This document shows, one piece after another, positions 9,398 through 19,205 of a DNA stretch of 64,000 nucleotides. A program made the position numbers and the translations under genes. Numbering within the stretch: the stretch's first letter is position 1; every line of letters starts with the position of its first letter. Origin of the DNA: Gammaproteobacteria bacterium. GTDB taxonomy: Bacteria > Pseudomonadota > Gammaproteobacteria > GCA-002705445 > GCA-002716945. Below the pieces are notes generated by a model. The model was not told where the DNA came from and did no database searches. It saw only the letters and a list, made by a program, of their open reading frames with translations. The stretch covers positions 3,296 through 67,295 of the forward strand of contig JABIVC010000013.1 in assembly GCA_018667355.1 (NCBI GenBank). The letters are read 5' to 3'.

Positions 9398-10309
9398 TTA
9401 GGTTACCATTAATTTTTGAATATCTTTTAGCCATAAATTTTTCAGACTTTCTTTCATCCCTGTCTTTTTGAAAAAGCTATCTATCTCATTTATATCTCCC
9501 ACTCCTCTTTCTAAAGTCTTGAGATCAGTTTCAATATCAGAGATATAGTCCAGTGTAGCTAACTTTTTAGAAAGGTAAATAATTTTTTTATTTTCTTCTA
9601 TTATTTTAATAAATCTCTTATATTTAGAACCAACTTTAGATGGTATTGAATCAAGATTTTCAATGATATTGTCTAGGCTTTTGTATTCACTCATTAAAGC
9701 TGTTGCAGTTTTTTGTCCTAATCCAGGAGCTCCAGGTATATTATCAACAGAGTCACCCATTAAGCCTAAAAAATCTGATAAATCTTGCGGGCAGAAATTT
9801 AATTTTTTTACGAGATCATCATAAGTGAATCTCTTGTCACTATAATTCCACCATATATCACCATTGTAGACTAGCTGATATAAATCTTTATCATTAGTAA
9901 TTATAGTATTATTTAAATTTGATTTTTTAGTATCTTTTGCAATTGTATAAAGAATATCATCTGCTTCATGTGTCTTACTTGCATTATTATTTAAACCCAT
10001 CAAAGTTAGGAATTCACGACATAAAGCAAACTGTTCTTTTAATTCTATAGGTGCCTTTTCCCTGGTTTTTTTATAGTCTGGATATATCTTGTTTCTAAAA
10101 CATGTCCCCAGACTTTCATCAAAAGCAAATGAAATATATTTTGGTTGATAGTCATGAAGAAATCGAATTATAAAACCCGCAAAACCTAAGAATGCTGCTA
10201 TTGATTCATAATTTTGTGTTTTCATTGGTGGGATAGCAAACCAGTATTTAAGAACAAAAGCAGTTGAATCAACTAGAAACACATTATTTAAATTATTTTT
10301 ATTGGACAA
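9398..10309 (-). CDS. xni: 5'-3' exonuclease / flap endonuclease (ExoIX/Xni-like, Pol I 5'-nuclease homolog)
   Basis: H3TH motif DNIPGAPGLGQKTA. Acidic metal-binding residues in the N-terminal half. 303 aa. Confidence 0.7.
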   Translation of the reverse strand: MSNKNNLNNVFLVDSTAFVLKYWFAIPPMKTQNYESIAAFLGFAGFIIRFLHDYQPKYISFAFDESLGTCFRNKIYPDYKKTREKAPIELKEQFALCREFLTLMGLNNNASKTHEADDILYTIAKDTKKSNLNNTIITNDKDLYQLVYNGDIWWNYSDKRFTYDDLVKKLNFCPQDLSDFLGLMGDSVDNIPGAPGLGQKTATALMSEYKSLDNIIENLDSIPSKVGSKYKRFIKIIEENKKIIYLSKKLATLDYISDIETDLKTLERGVGDINEIDSFFKKTGMKESLKNLWLKDIQKLMVT

Positions 10310-11822
10310 TTTTTATCAAATCTCCAATTTTTGGATTACCGCTTGGGTAATGTCCATTTAATAATCTAAGTTTATCCAATGCATATTTCCCAAGCGGTGA
10401 TGATTTTGCCAAATTCTCATATGACATACCTTCCCTAAATCTGATTACTTTTATAGTCAAACCTTTGGAATCCTTAACTTCTTTATTTGACATTTTAGAA
10501 AAACTTTTTAGCATAACTTTTAATTTATCATCATTGGTTAAATCAGATAGATTACTTCGTATAATCCATGCCTTAGGCTTCTTCTTTTCATTTTTTGTAT
10601 CAAATATTATTGTAAATCTAATATAAGATGAATTAATTATGCTTTTAGAGTGATACAGATGTGAATACCCAGTAAGCCCATTATAAGAAAAATCCTCTGA
10701 ACTAATCAGTTTATTAGTAGTTAAGAAAGATGTTTTTTGAACCCCTTCCTTAAGGTATTTCTCTGGCGTAAGACCATTTTCTAAATCATCTAGTAGCAAC
10801 TCATCAACAGTAAAAGTCATGACATCTTTATCTTTTTGAACTACTAATTGATCAGGATTATTTTTAAATTCCCAGCCATCTTCAATCTTAAACTTTATTG
10901 CTAAAATAGGATGGTAAAAAATAGAATTTTTCACATAACCTTCCTCTGGGCTAGAACCATATACAGAGCCATCTAGGAGCTTTAAAAATTTTTCTTTATT
11001 ATTTTTCCTTGTTGTTTTCTCGCTTATTGTATTTCCTAATGCATTTATTCTTTTTTCATGATCTGGATGTGTAGAAAAGATACCATGGTATCCTATATTA
11101 GCTTCCCGACCTTCTTCCTCAGCAATTTTTTTCTCAAGCTCTTCTGAATATTTTAATGTTTGTAAGAATGCTGCCATTGCGGAAGGGTCATAGTTTGACC
11201 TTTCTAAATACTCTTCACCCAATTGATCGGCCTCTAACTCAAACTTTCTTCCATAACCTCGATTTATAATTACATTCACTAGATTAAAGGCATTGCCTGT
11301 AAGTTGACCACCCGGGACATTTGTCTGAAGTATTGAAAGTAACAGGGCTGTTACTTGAGAAGTACTCATTCCTCTAACTGCATGTCTTGCAGTTATATGG
11401 CCAATTTCATGTCCTATTACACCAGCAAACTCTGCTTCTGAGTTAAAATAATTCAACATGCCTCTGTACATATATACATAACCACCTGGGGTAGCAAATG
11501 CATTAAAGGTTGGATCATCTATTAGAGTAAAGTGCCACTTTAGCTCTGGGCGATGACTTTTCTCAGAAATTGACTCTCCTAGTTTTTGAAAATAATCATT
11601 TAACTCTTTATTTTGAATTACTTTGTTTTCTTCTAAAATCTTTTCATGGTAGGAAGCACCAATAGATATCTCTTGTTGTTCAGTTATCGTAACAAAATCA
11701 GGAATACCTGAAACAGGGTTTGTTGCACAACTAGTAACTATAGGTAGAATTATAAAAGATATATATCTAGTTATCATATTCATATCATTGTTATTGGTTA
11801 CGAAAATATCTTTGTAGTTCAT
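10299..11822 (-). CDS. M48-family Zn metallopeptidase (BepA/YfgC-like), probable lipoprotein
   Basis: HEIGHITARH (HExxH). The internal Met at MNMITRYISFIILPIVTSC gives a lipobox (VTSC), so the likely true start is at 11783. Long C-terminal extension of unknown fold. Confidence 0.7.
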   Translation of the reverse strand: MNYKDIFVTNNNDMNMITRYISFIILPIVTSCATNPVSGIPDFVTITEQQEISIGASYHEKILEENKVIQNKELNDYFQKLGESISEKSHRPELKWHFTLIDDPTFNAFATPGGYVYMYRGMLNYFNSEAEFAGVIGHEIGHITARHAVRGMSTSQVTALLLSILQTNVPGGQLTGNAFNLVNVIINRGYGRKFELEADQLGEEYLERSNYDPSAMAAFLQTLKYSEELEKKIAEEEGREANIGYHGIFSTHPDHEKRINALGNTISEKTTRKNNKEKFLKLLDGSVYGSSPEEGYVKNSIFYHPILAIKFKIEDGWEFKNNPDQLVVQKDKDVMTFTVDELLLDDLENGLTPEKYLKEGVQKTSFLTTNKLISSEDFSYNGLTGYSHLYHSKSIINSSYIRFTIIFDTKNEKKKPKAWIIRSNLSDLTNDDKLKVMLKSFSKMSNKEVKDSKGLTIKVIRFREGMSYENLAKSSPLGKYALDKLRLLNGHYPSGNPKIGDLIKIVQ

Positions 11823-12390
11823 TTAGTGCTTTCGCCCTATGGCTTATCTTATTTTTCTCTGCCGAAGTAATTTGCGCAGAAGTTTTATTATATTCTGGTA
11901 AGAAAAATAGTGGATCATACCCAAAGCCATTTTGGCCAATAGGTTTTTCAGTTATATAACCATGCCATGACCCAGAGGTAATAATTGGGAATGGATCATC
12001 TGGAAATCTCATATAAACAATGACACATCTATAACAAGCTTTCCTCTTTTCATAAGGGATATCAGTTAATTCCTCTAAAAGTTTAATATTATTCATCTCG
12101 TTTGTAGCATTTTCACCAGAATATCTTGCTGATTTTATACCCGGCCTACCATTTAAATATTCAATCTCAATACCAGAGTCATCAGCTATTGATGCTAAGC
12201 CAGTATTAATAGATGCGCTTCTAGCTTTTAGTATTGCATTTTCAACAAATGTTGAACCAGTTTCCTCTACTTCGGGTATCTCAATATCATTACAGGTTTT
12301 TAATAAAATACCTGTACCATCAAGTATTTTCTTTATTTCTTTAATCTTATCTTGATTTCTAGATGCTAGAATAATTTTCATATTGGCCAT
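11791..12390 (-). CDS. rdgB: Non-canonical purine NTP pyrophosphatase (ITPase, RdgB/HAM1)
   Basis: IILASRNQDKIKEI N-terminus. FGYDPLF motif. 199 aa. Confidence 0.85.
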   Translation of the reverse strand: MANMKIILASRNQDKIKEIKKILDGTGILLKTCNDIEIPEVEETGSTFVENAILKARSASINTGLASIADDSGIEIEYLNGRPGIKSARYSGENATNEMNNIKLLEELTDIPYEKRKACYRCVIVYMRFPDDPFPIITSGSWHGYITEKPIGQNGFGYDPLFFLPEYNKTSAQITSAEKNKISHRAKALNELQRYFRNQ

Positions 12391-12434
12391 AAAAGTTTAT
12401 ATTTGCACTATATACTGTAGAATTATAATAAAAA

Positions 12435-12920
12435 TTGAGAAATAAAGATATGAAGAAAAGTAATCACATTGATAATCAAGGTAATGTAAGAATGATTAAT
12501 GTTATCGATAAAAAGATTACTAAGAGAAAAGCAGTTGCAACAGGGAAAATCACGCTTAATAAATTAGCTATCGATTCAATTAAACATAATAGAAATAAAA
12601 AAGGCGATGTTCTTACAATAGCTCAAGTTGCAGGTATACAGGCTGCAAAAAAAACGTCCACATTAGTTCCTTTGTCGCATCAGTTAAATATTAAAGGGAT
12701 TAATATTTTTTTTAAGTTGAACATAAAAAGTATCATTTGTAATACTGAGATACTTTGTGATGGTAAAACTGGTGTAGAAATAGAAGCAATATGCGCCACT
12801 CAAATTTCCCTATTAACTATTTATGATATGTGTAAATACTTAGATAAATCTATGGTAATTTCAGATATAAAATTATTGCTCAAGGAAGGCGGTAAATCAG
12901 GAGATTTTAAATCTAAATGA
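12435..12920 (+). CDS. moaC: Cyclic pyranopterin monophosphate synthase accessory protein MoaC
   Basis: 161 aa. NVRMINVIDKKITKRKAVATGKI matches the MoaC N-terminal signature. Confidence 0.7.
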   Translation: MRNKDMKKSNHIDNQGNVRMINVIDKKITKRKAVATGKITLNKLAIDSIKHNRNKKGDVLTIAQVAGIQAAKKTSTLVPLSHQLNIKGINIFFKLNIKSIICNTEILCDGKTGVEIEAICATQISLLTIYDMCKYLDKSMVISDIKLLLKEGGKSGDFKSK

Positions 12921-13720
12921 TTAAAAATATAATCTATGTAATTTCTTTTCTTTTCTTGAGTATTATATTTTATTTATTTTTAATATTTGATATAAATAAT
13001 TATAAGGCTGAGCTCACTGAATACGTTTCTAGTAAAACTAATTATAATTTTGAATATGATGGTAAATTAACCTTAGATATATTGTCCCCAACAGTTATAA
13101 CAATACCCAATATAGAAATAAGCAAGAATATTGGCTCAGGTAAACAAAATGTTATCTTTCAAATAGCAGAGGCAAAACTCTCTGTGACATTAAATGAGCT
13201 TATAAAAGGAATAATTGATGCAGAAGAAATAATAGCTAGAGACTTCAGATATCATGGAATTAACATAGATGATATTCTAATGAAGACTTACTCAGTAATA
13301 AAATTCAATAGATTTAGCTCGCTTGAAGAAGATGTCACTAGGCTTAAAACTATTTCTGCTACTGCTATGATTATTCATGACAAAATCATTATTAAAAATA
13401 TCTATATGGAGACCGAGCTATTAGAAATGAAGGGATCTGGCACTATTGATTTATCTACCAATCAAACTTTTTTTGAATTGACTGGTAATTTAAAAAATAT
13501 CGATAAAGTTCAGGGTGTATATAGTAATCTTTACCCAGAAGATTTAAGTGGTGAAGAATTGCCTATTAATATAACTGGGAAACTAGATAAGCTATCTGTG
13601 TCAATAAACTTGAATAAAATATTGACAAATAAACTCAATCCACTAAAAAATGATGTGATAGATAAATTGAAGGATAAGATTGCAGATGAACTTAAAGAAA
13701 GAATTAACCTTCCATTCTAA
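12917..13720 (+). CDS. Short AsmA-family protein (N-terminal AsmA domain only, 267 aa), membrane-anchored
   Basis: N-terminal TM helix. FKAELTEYVSSKTNYNFEYDGKLTLDILSPTVITIPNIEISK parallels the E. coli AsmA N-terminus (FRDYMVKQVAARSGYQLQLDGPLRWHVWPQLSIL...). About 350 aa shorter than AsmA. Confidence 0.5.
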   Translation: MIKNIIYVISFLFLSIIFYLFLIFDINNYKAELTEYVSSKTNYNFEYDGKLTLDILSPTVITIPNIEISKNIGSGKQNVIFQIAEAKLSVTLNELIKGIIDAEEIIARDFRYHGINIDDILMKTYSVIKFNRFSSLEEDVTRLKTISATAMIIHDKIIIKNIYMETELLEMKGSGTIDLSTNQTFFELTGNLKNIDKVQGVYSNLYPEDLSGEELPINITGKLDKLSVSINLNKILTNKLNPLKNDVIDKLKDKIADELKERINLPF

Positions 13721-14750
13721 AAACCGACTTATAATTAGAAAAAAAGTATTAGACTGGTATGATGTCAATGGTAGAAAAAATCTTCCATGGAAAACTTCAG
13801 ACATTTATAAAATATGGATCTCTGAAATTATGTTACAGCAGACCCAGGTTAGAACTGTTCTCCCTTATTATGCAAAATTTATTAAGGAATATCCCACTCT
13901 TAATGATCTTTTGAATGCATCTTTAGATAACATCTTGGAACTATGGAGTGGATTAGGTTTTTATAGAAGAGCTGAAAATATTTATAAAGCATGTTTAGTT
14001 ATTAAAAAAGATCATAACTCTAGATTTCCTAAAGACTATGATGCTATTAATGCATTGCCAGGTATTGGTAGGACAACAGCGTCAGCTATAGTAACCTTTT
14101 CTGGAAATGGAACGCGTTCAATACTAGATGGAAATGTAAAAAGGTTTCTTTCTAGATTATTCTCATTAGAGCAAAGTACAAATATAAATTATTTATGGAC
14201 TATTTCTGAATATTTATTACCTAATTCTAGATCTGCTGATTTCATTCAATCATATATGGATATTGGATCATTAATTTGTAAGAAATCTAACCCTGATTGT
14301 TCATCGTGCCCCGTTAATTCTTATTGCAAATCTTTTAAATCTGGCATTATCAATAATATTAGATCAAGAAAGACGTCAAAGACAAGCAAAGATATTTGGG
14401 TAGTAGCACTAACAAATACCAAGAATCAGTTTTATTTAAAAAAAGTGATATATGGTAATTTGTGGAAAGGGTTATATTCTTCCCCTATATTTAAAAATAA
14501 TTCTGAGCCAGAAGAGTGGATTGCTAGGCATAACTTAAATAGCAACGGGATATTACCAATATATAAGTTTTCTCATCACCTTACGCATATTAAATTTACA
14601 TTTAACATTATCTTCTGCAAAGTTAAATTAAATAAAAAGATTAGCCTATCCGATGATAATTGGTATAATCTATCAGACATTGATGTTGGAATACCCAAAT
14701 ATCAAGATAAAATATTTAATCAATATAAGAGTATTTATGACTATAATTAG
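13680..14750 (+). CDS. mutY: A/G-specific adenine DNA glycosylase
   Basis: VLDWYDVNGRKNLPW, QQTQV, HhH-GPD, a [4Fe-4S] cluster loop C-x6-C-x2-C-x5-C and a C-terminal NUDIX-like domain. Overlaps the upstream ORF by about 41 nt. Confidence 0.9.
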   Translation: MQMNLKKELTFHSKNRLIIRKKVLDWYDVNGRKNLPWKTSDIYKIWISEIMLQQTQVRTVLPYYAKFIKEYPTLNDLLNASLDNILELWSGLGFYRRAENIYKACLVIKKDHNSRFPKDYDAINALPGIGRTTASAIVTFSGNGTRSILDGNVKRFLSRLFSLEQSTNINYLWTISEYLLPNSRSADFIQSYMDIGSLICKKSNPDCSSCPVNSYCKSFKSGIINNIRSRKTSKTSKDIWVVALTNTKNQFYLKKVIYGNLWKGLYSSPIFKNNSEPEEWIARHNLNSNGILPIYKFSHHLTHIKFTFNIIFCKVKLNKKISLSDDNWYNLSDIDVGIPKYQDKIFNQYKSIYDYN

Positions 14751-15006
14751 TTGCTTTAAATTAAAAAAAGAATCTGAAGCATTAGACTATCAGCCATATC
14801 CTGGCGATATTGGTGTTAAAATAATGGAAAATATCTCAGCTGAAGCATGGCAAATGTGGATGAATCACCAGACAATGCTAATTAATGAAATGAGATTAAC
14901 GCCAGTAGATCCAAAGTCTAGAAAGTTTCTCGAGGAAGAAATGGAGAAGTTTCTCTTCGGAGATGGTTCTGCTGCCCCAGAGGGTTTTGTGCCAGAGAAA
15001 AAATAA
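14737..15006 (+). CDS. yggX: Fe(II)-trafficking / oxidative-damage protection protein YggX
   Basis: MTIISCFKLKKESEALDYQPYPGDIGVKIMENISAEAWQMW..QTMLINE aligns closely with E. coli YggX. Classic mutY-yggX pair. I place the start at ATG 14737, overlapping the mutY stop by 14 nt; the ORF-track start at 14653 is an upstream extension. Confidence 0.8.
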   Translation: MTIISCFKLKKESEALDYQPYPGDIGVKIMENISAEAWQMWMNHQTMLINEMRLTPVDPKSRKFLEEEMEKFLFGDGSAAPEGFVPEKK

Positions 15007-15013
15007 TATTTAA

Positions 15014-15086
<73 letters not shown>

Positions 15087-15094
15087 TAGAATAA

Positions 15095-16654
15095 ATGAGA
15101 CAAATAGATACAAATCAATTACTAAATAAAGCACTCACTCTCCATCATCAGGGTAAATTAGACGATGCAGACATCATTTATTTAGAGATAATAAAATGTG
15201 ATAAAGATAATTTTCAAGCTAATCATCTCCATGGGTGTATACTCTCCCAAAAAACTCAGTTCTCTGATGCAATTATTTTTTTAGAAAAAGCTATAAATAT
15301 AGACCCTGATAATTATGAGGCGAATAATAACTTGGGTATAGCTTTTAAGAATACTGGTAATGTTATTGAGTCAGAAAGATATTTCAACAAGGCGATATCT
15401 ATTGACAGTAAAAACTATAAAGCCTTCTTCAATTGCGCTAACTTATATGTAGATAATTTAGAATATGAAAAAGCTTTAGACTATTTAGAGCAAGCTATGC
15501 TAATAAATATTTCATCCTCAGAAGCACCTTGTAGAATGGGGCAAGTTTATCAGTACATTTTTCAAAGAGATAGATCTTTAATTTATCTAGAAAAATCAAA
15601 AAAATATTTTCTGCAAGCTATTGAGAGAAATATAAACAATATTGAAGCATATCTAATGTTAGGTATGACTACACTGTGGTTAGGAGATATTGACGAAGCT
15701 GACAACTTATTCAAGAAAGTACTAAAGCTTAATCATTCTCAGAAAAATTATATAGATGAAAATATAAAAAAATATTATTCTGATACTAAGTCATTATCTA
15801 TTCTTATAACACATGAATTTGAACAGCTAAGGCATATTGATAATGATACTGATGACATTAGAAATCCTAAATTTACGAAGCAGTATTATGATCTATTAGA
15901 CTCCCTCTATAAAAAAGTTAAAAGCAGTAATCTAAAGTCAGAGGATATTACAGATACTATCAAAAAAGATCTTTTTAAGATTTTATATAATAAGCCTCCA
16001 AAGAATATTACTCATAATTTACTGAATGAAAAAAATGATATTCCTGAATTAGAGATCGAGTACCTTAATGGAAAACCAGAAATAATCGTTATAGATGATT
16101 TCTTAAGTAAGCCTGCATTGACTGAATTACAAAAATTCTGCAGGAACTCAAATATTTTCAAATACCCTTATCAGAGCGGCTATGTTTCAGCATTTCTATC
16201 TAAAGGACTATCAAATAAGTTTATCCTTAAATTAAGTGAGGATTTACGTATGACTTATAAAAAAATATTTAAAGAGTTAAGATTAACTCAGGCATGGATA
16301 TTCAAATATGAGAGTCATAAACAGGGGACAAACATTCATGCAGACCAGGCTTCGGTAAATGTTAACTTTTGGGTTACTCCTGAGGAAGGAAACTTAGATA
16401 AAAATAAAGGCGGATTAAGGGTATGGGATGACTTACCCTCAAAAAACTCAGATTTTAGCTCTTATAATAATATAGATAATTCGCCTAAAATCCGAAAGAT
16501 GCTGGATGATAATAAAATTAAGTCTATAACAATCCCATATAGAGAAAATAGGGCTGTAATATTTAATTCACAGTTATACCATGAAACTGATGATTTTGAC
16601 TTTGATGAATCCTACAGTAACAAGCGTATTAATATTACTTTTCTATATGATTAA
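15095..16654 (+). CDS. TPR-repeat protein fused to a C-terminal 2-oxoglutarate/Fe(II)-dependent oxygenase-like domain (AspH / prolyl-4-hydroxylase-like architecture)
   Basis: Residues 1-230 are TPR-like helical repeats (the LGIAFKNTGN, YEKALDYLEQA pattern). The C-terminus has HxD (TNIHADQ), a distal His (QLYHETDD) and a basic residue about 14 aa later (NKRINITF). This is the 2-His-1-carboxylate triad plus a 2OG-binding R/K. The start abuts the tRNA with no obvious SD, so the true start may be downstream. Confidence 0.5.
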   Translation: MRQIDTNQLLNKALTLHHQGKLDDADIIYLEIIKCDKDNFQANHLHGCILSQKTQFSDAIIFLEKAINIDPDNYEANNNLGIAFKNTGNVIESERYFNKAISIDSKNYKAFFNCANLYVDNLEYEKALDYLEQAMLINISSSEAPCRMGQVYQYIFQRDRSLIYLEKSKKYFLQAIERNINNIEAYLMLGMTTLWLGDIDEADNLFKKVLKLNHSQKNYIDENIKKYYSDTKSLSILITHEFEQLRHIDNDTDDIRNPKFTKQYYDLLDSLYKKVKSSNLKSEDITDTIKKDLFKILYNKPPKNITHNLLNEKNDIPELEIEYLNGKPEIIVIDDFLSKPALTELQKFCRNSNIFKYPYQSGYVSAFLSKGLSNKFILKLSEDLRMTYKKIFKELRLTQAWIFKYESHKQGTNIHADQASVNVNFWVTPEEGNLDKNKGGLRVWDDLPSKNSDFSSYNNIDNSPKIRKMLDDNKIKSITIPYRENRAVIFNSQLYHETDDFDFDESYSNKRINITFLYD

Positions 16655-16705
16655 TTATTTAATTGAATACTTTAAATATCACCTTATAGACCATATAATA
16701 GTCAT

Positions 16706-17035
16706 ATGGACACACCTTTGAAGCAAAAAGCAGAATTTCGACTAGGTCAAATTGTATCTCACTCTAAGTTCAGGTATAGAGGAGTAATTGTGGATGCTGA
16801 TCCATATTTTCAGGGCACTGAGGAGTGGTATGAAAATGTTGCCAAATCTAAACCTAATAAAAATAAACCTTGGTATCATGTGTTAGTGCACGGTCAAGGT
16901 AATGAAACATATGTTGCCGAAGGCAATCTTTTGAGCGATGAAAGCACCGACCCTATTGACCATCCATTTGTAGAAATATTCTTTGATGAGTATGACAATA
17001 GTGGCACATATTCTTTAAAGCAGAATTTTAATTAA
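16706..17035 (+). CDS. hspQ: Heat-shock protein HspQ (YccV-like hemimethylated-DNA-binding domain)
   Basis: FRLGQIVSHSKFRYRGVIVDADPYF matches the HspQ N-terminus (FGIGQQVRH..GYLGVVVDVDPEY). 109 aa. Confidence 0.7.
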   Translation: MDTPLKQKAEFRLGQIVSHSKFRYRGVIVDADPYFQGTEEWYENVAKSKPNKNKPWYHVLVHGQGNETYVAEGNLLSDESTDPIDHPFVEIFFDEYDNSGTYSLKQNFN

Positions 17036-17041
17036 ATTAAT

Positions 17042-17494
17042 ATGAAAATCCTATCAGATTTTTTCAAGAGTATTTCGTCGGATTCAACAGTTAATATAGA
17101 TAATGATACCCTTGAAAGCTTTACTGATGAAAAAATCCTAGCTATAAGTATTTTATTAATTGAAGTTTCAAAATCTGATGATTATTATGATGAGTTAGAA
17201 AAGAATAAGATTATAGAAATCATTAGAGAGAAATTTTCATTAGACAAAAATCAAATTGATTTACTAATTAATTTAGCTGATAAAAAAAATGATGAAATGA
17301 TTTCCCTCCATGATTTTATTGAGGTCCTTAATAAAGAATGCTCTTACTCAGAGAAGAAAGATTTAATAAAAATGCTATGGGATGTCGCATATATTGATGG
17401 AAGAATAGATAAGTACGAAGATTATACAATTAGAAAGATATCTGATTTATTATATATAACACATAGCGATTTTATCCAAGCCAAGCTAAGATAA
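17042..17494 (+). CDS. TerB-like / DjlA-N-terminal-like small protein
   Basis: 150 aa. DELEK..IIEIIREKFSL..KKDLIKMLWDVAYIDGRIDKYEDYTIRKISDLL fits the tellurite-resistance TerB family pattern. Confidence 0.45.
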   Translation: MKILSDFFKSISSDSTVNIDNDTLESFTDEKILAISILLIEVSKSDDYYDELEKNKIIEIIREKFSLDKNQIDLLINLADKKNDEMISLHDFIEVLNKECSYSEKKDLIKMLWDVAYIDGRIDKYEDYTIRKISDLLYITHSDFIQAKLR

Positions 17495-18088
17495 TTACTT
17501 AATTCTAAAAGTTGCTACCTGGCCAAAAAAATTTGGCAACAACTTGGTAAATACATTTGATTTCTGATTATTGTCAGTAATAAATTGTTCAAGTATTTCA
17601 AAATTATTAGTTTCACAAAATATCAAAAAATCTTTTATAGTGCATAGGTGAATATTGGGGGTATCATGCCAAGTATATGGGAGATTACCAGTGACAGGCA
17701 TTTTACCTGTTGTCAGTAACTGTATTCTAGATGACCAATGACCCATATTAGGGAAAGATACTATTATCTCTTTTCCAATTCTTAACATCTGATTTAGTAA
17801 ATCCTTGGGATTTTTAATTACTTGTAATGATTGAGCAAGTACCACATAGTCAAAATATTTAGATTCAAAATCTTCAAGACCATTATCTAGGTCTATTTGT
17901 AATACATTAACATTTTTTTTGAGTGATAATTTGAGATTATTAATATTATTATCTATCCCATAACCAGTTATATTTTTGTCTTGTTTTAAGATTTTCAATA
18001 GTTCGCCATCACCGCAGCCTAAATCTAATACCTTGGTGTTAGGCTTTATCCAAGAGCTGATTAGCAAAAGGTCTTTTCTAAAGGCCAT
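17495..18088 (-). CDS. metW: Methionine biosynthesis protein MetW (SAM-methyltransferase-fold partner of MetX)
   Basis: VLDLGCGDGELL. About 197 aa. Immediately downstream of and overlapping metX, as in Pseudomonas. Confidence 0.8.
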   Translation of the reverse strand: MAFRKDLLLISSWIKPNTKVLDLGCGDGELLKILKQDKNITGYGIDNNINNLKLSLKKNVNVLQIDLDNGLEDFESKYFDYVVLAQSLQVIKNPKDLLNQMLRIGKEIIVSFPNMGHWSSRIQLLTTGKMPVTGNLPYTWHDTPNIHLCTIKDFLIFCETNNFEILEQFITDNNQKSNVFTKLLPNFFGQVATFRIK

Positions 18089-19205
18089 TAGTAGACTCCT
18101 TGATAAAAGATGCCATTATGTCAAAATAATCTTTATTATCCATTAGAAATGCATCATGACCACCATCAGCAGATATTTCAGAGTAACTAACATCCATTTC
18201 ATTATCTAGAAGTAATTTAACAATTTCTTTTGATCTCTTTGGAGGAAATCTCCAATCTGATGTAAAAGATATAATCAAAAACTTAGCACTACATTTATCA
18301 AGATTTTTGATTAAGGTATCCGCCATATCCTTTACAGGATCGAAATAGTCTAATGACTTAGTCATCAGTAAATAAGTATTCGCATCAAATCCAGTTACAA
18401 ACTTCTCTCCTTGGTATCTCAAATAACTTTCAATCTGAAATTCAACATCATAATTGAATCCTAGTTTTGAATTTTTAAGATCTCGACCAAACTTCTCTCT
18501 CATAGATTCATCGGAAAGATATGTTATATGACCTAACATCCTCGCTAATGACAATCCTTGATTCGGCATTACGCCTTTTTCTAAATAATTACCATTATGC
18601 CAATTTGGATCTTTCATGATTGCTTGCCTAGCAATTTCATTAAATGCTATATTTTGTGCTGTCAGTTTTGGCGCTGCAGCAATAGCTATACAATTATGTA
18701 TTAGGTCTGGATACTGAAATGACCATTGTAAAGCTTGCATACCTCCAAGGCTCCCCCCAATAACAAATTTCCAGAATGGTATTTTCAGGACATCCATTAA
18801 TTCTTTTTGTGATTTTACCCAATCAGATACTGTTATTATTGGAAAATCAGAGCCATATACTCTATTAGTTTCAGGATTAATAGTTGTGGGGCCAGTTGAG
18901 CCATGACATCCTCCTAAATTATTTAAACATACTACAAATAATTTATCTGTATCTATTGTTTTCTCTGAACCAATCATATTATTCCACCATCCTGGTTTCT
19001 CATCCCCCTCATAATAACCAGCTACATGATGATTTCCTGATAATGCATGACAAATTAGAACAGCATTACTTTTATCAGCATTTAAAGAACCATATGTTTC
19101 ATATGTGAGCTGGTATTCATTCAAAATCTTTCCTGATAATAATTCAAGCGGATTTTTAATAATGATATTTTTAGATTTGACAAATTTAGTTGAATCTATA
19201 GCCAT
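18078..19205 (-). CDS. metX: Homoserine O-acyltransferase (MetX family, alpha/beta hydrolase)
   Basis: GGSLGGMQALQW nucleophile elbow. 375 aa. metX-metW operon. Confidence 0.85.
   Translation of the reverse strand: MAIDSTKFVKSKNIIIKNPLELLSGKILNEYQLTYETYGSLNADKSNAVLICHALSGNHHVAGYYEGDEKPGWWNNMIGSEKTIDTDKLFVVCLNNLGGCHGSTGPTTINPETNRVYGSDFPIITVSDWVKSQKELMDVLKIPFWKFVIGGSLGGMQALQWSFQYPDLIHNCIAIAAAPKLTAQNIAFNEIARQAIMKDPNWHNGNYLEKGVMPNQGLSLARMLGHITYLSDESMREKFGRDLKNSKLGFNYDVEFQIESYLRYQGEKFVTGFDANTYLLMTKSLDYFDPVKDMADTLIKNLDKCSAKFLIISFTSDWRFPPKRSKEIVKLLLDNEMDVSYSEISADGGHDAFLMDNKDYFDIMASFIKESTNGL

Noticed and set aside
15087-15100. TPR-oxygenase start codon placed 8 nt after the tRNA 3' end
   Set aside because: There is no Shine-Dalgarno sequence and no room for a promoter. 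The real start is probably an internal Met or the gene is transcribed with the tRNA. This does not affect the domain call, so I kept the ORF-track coordinates with a note.
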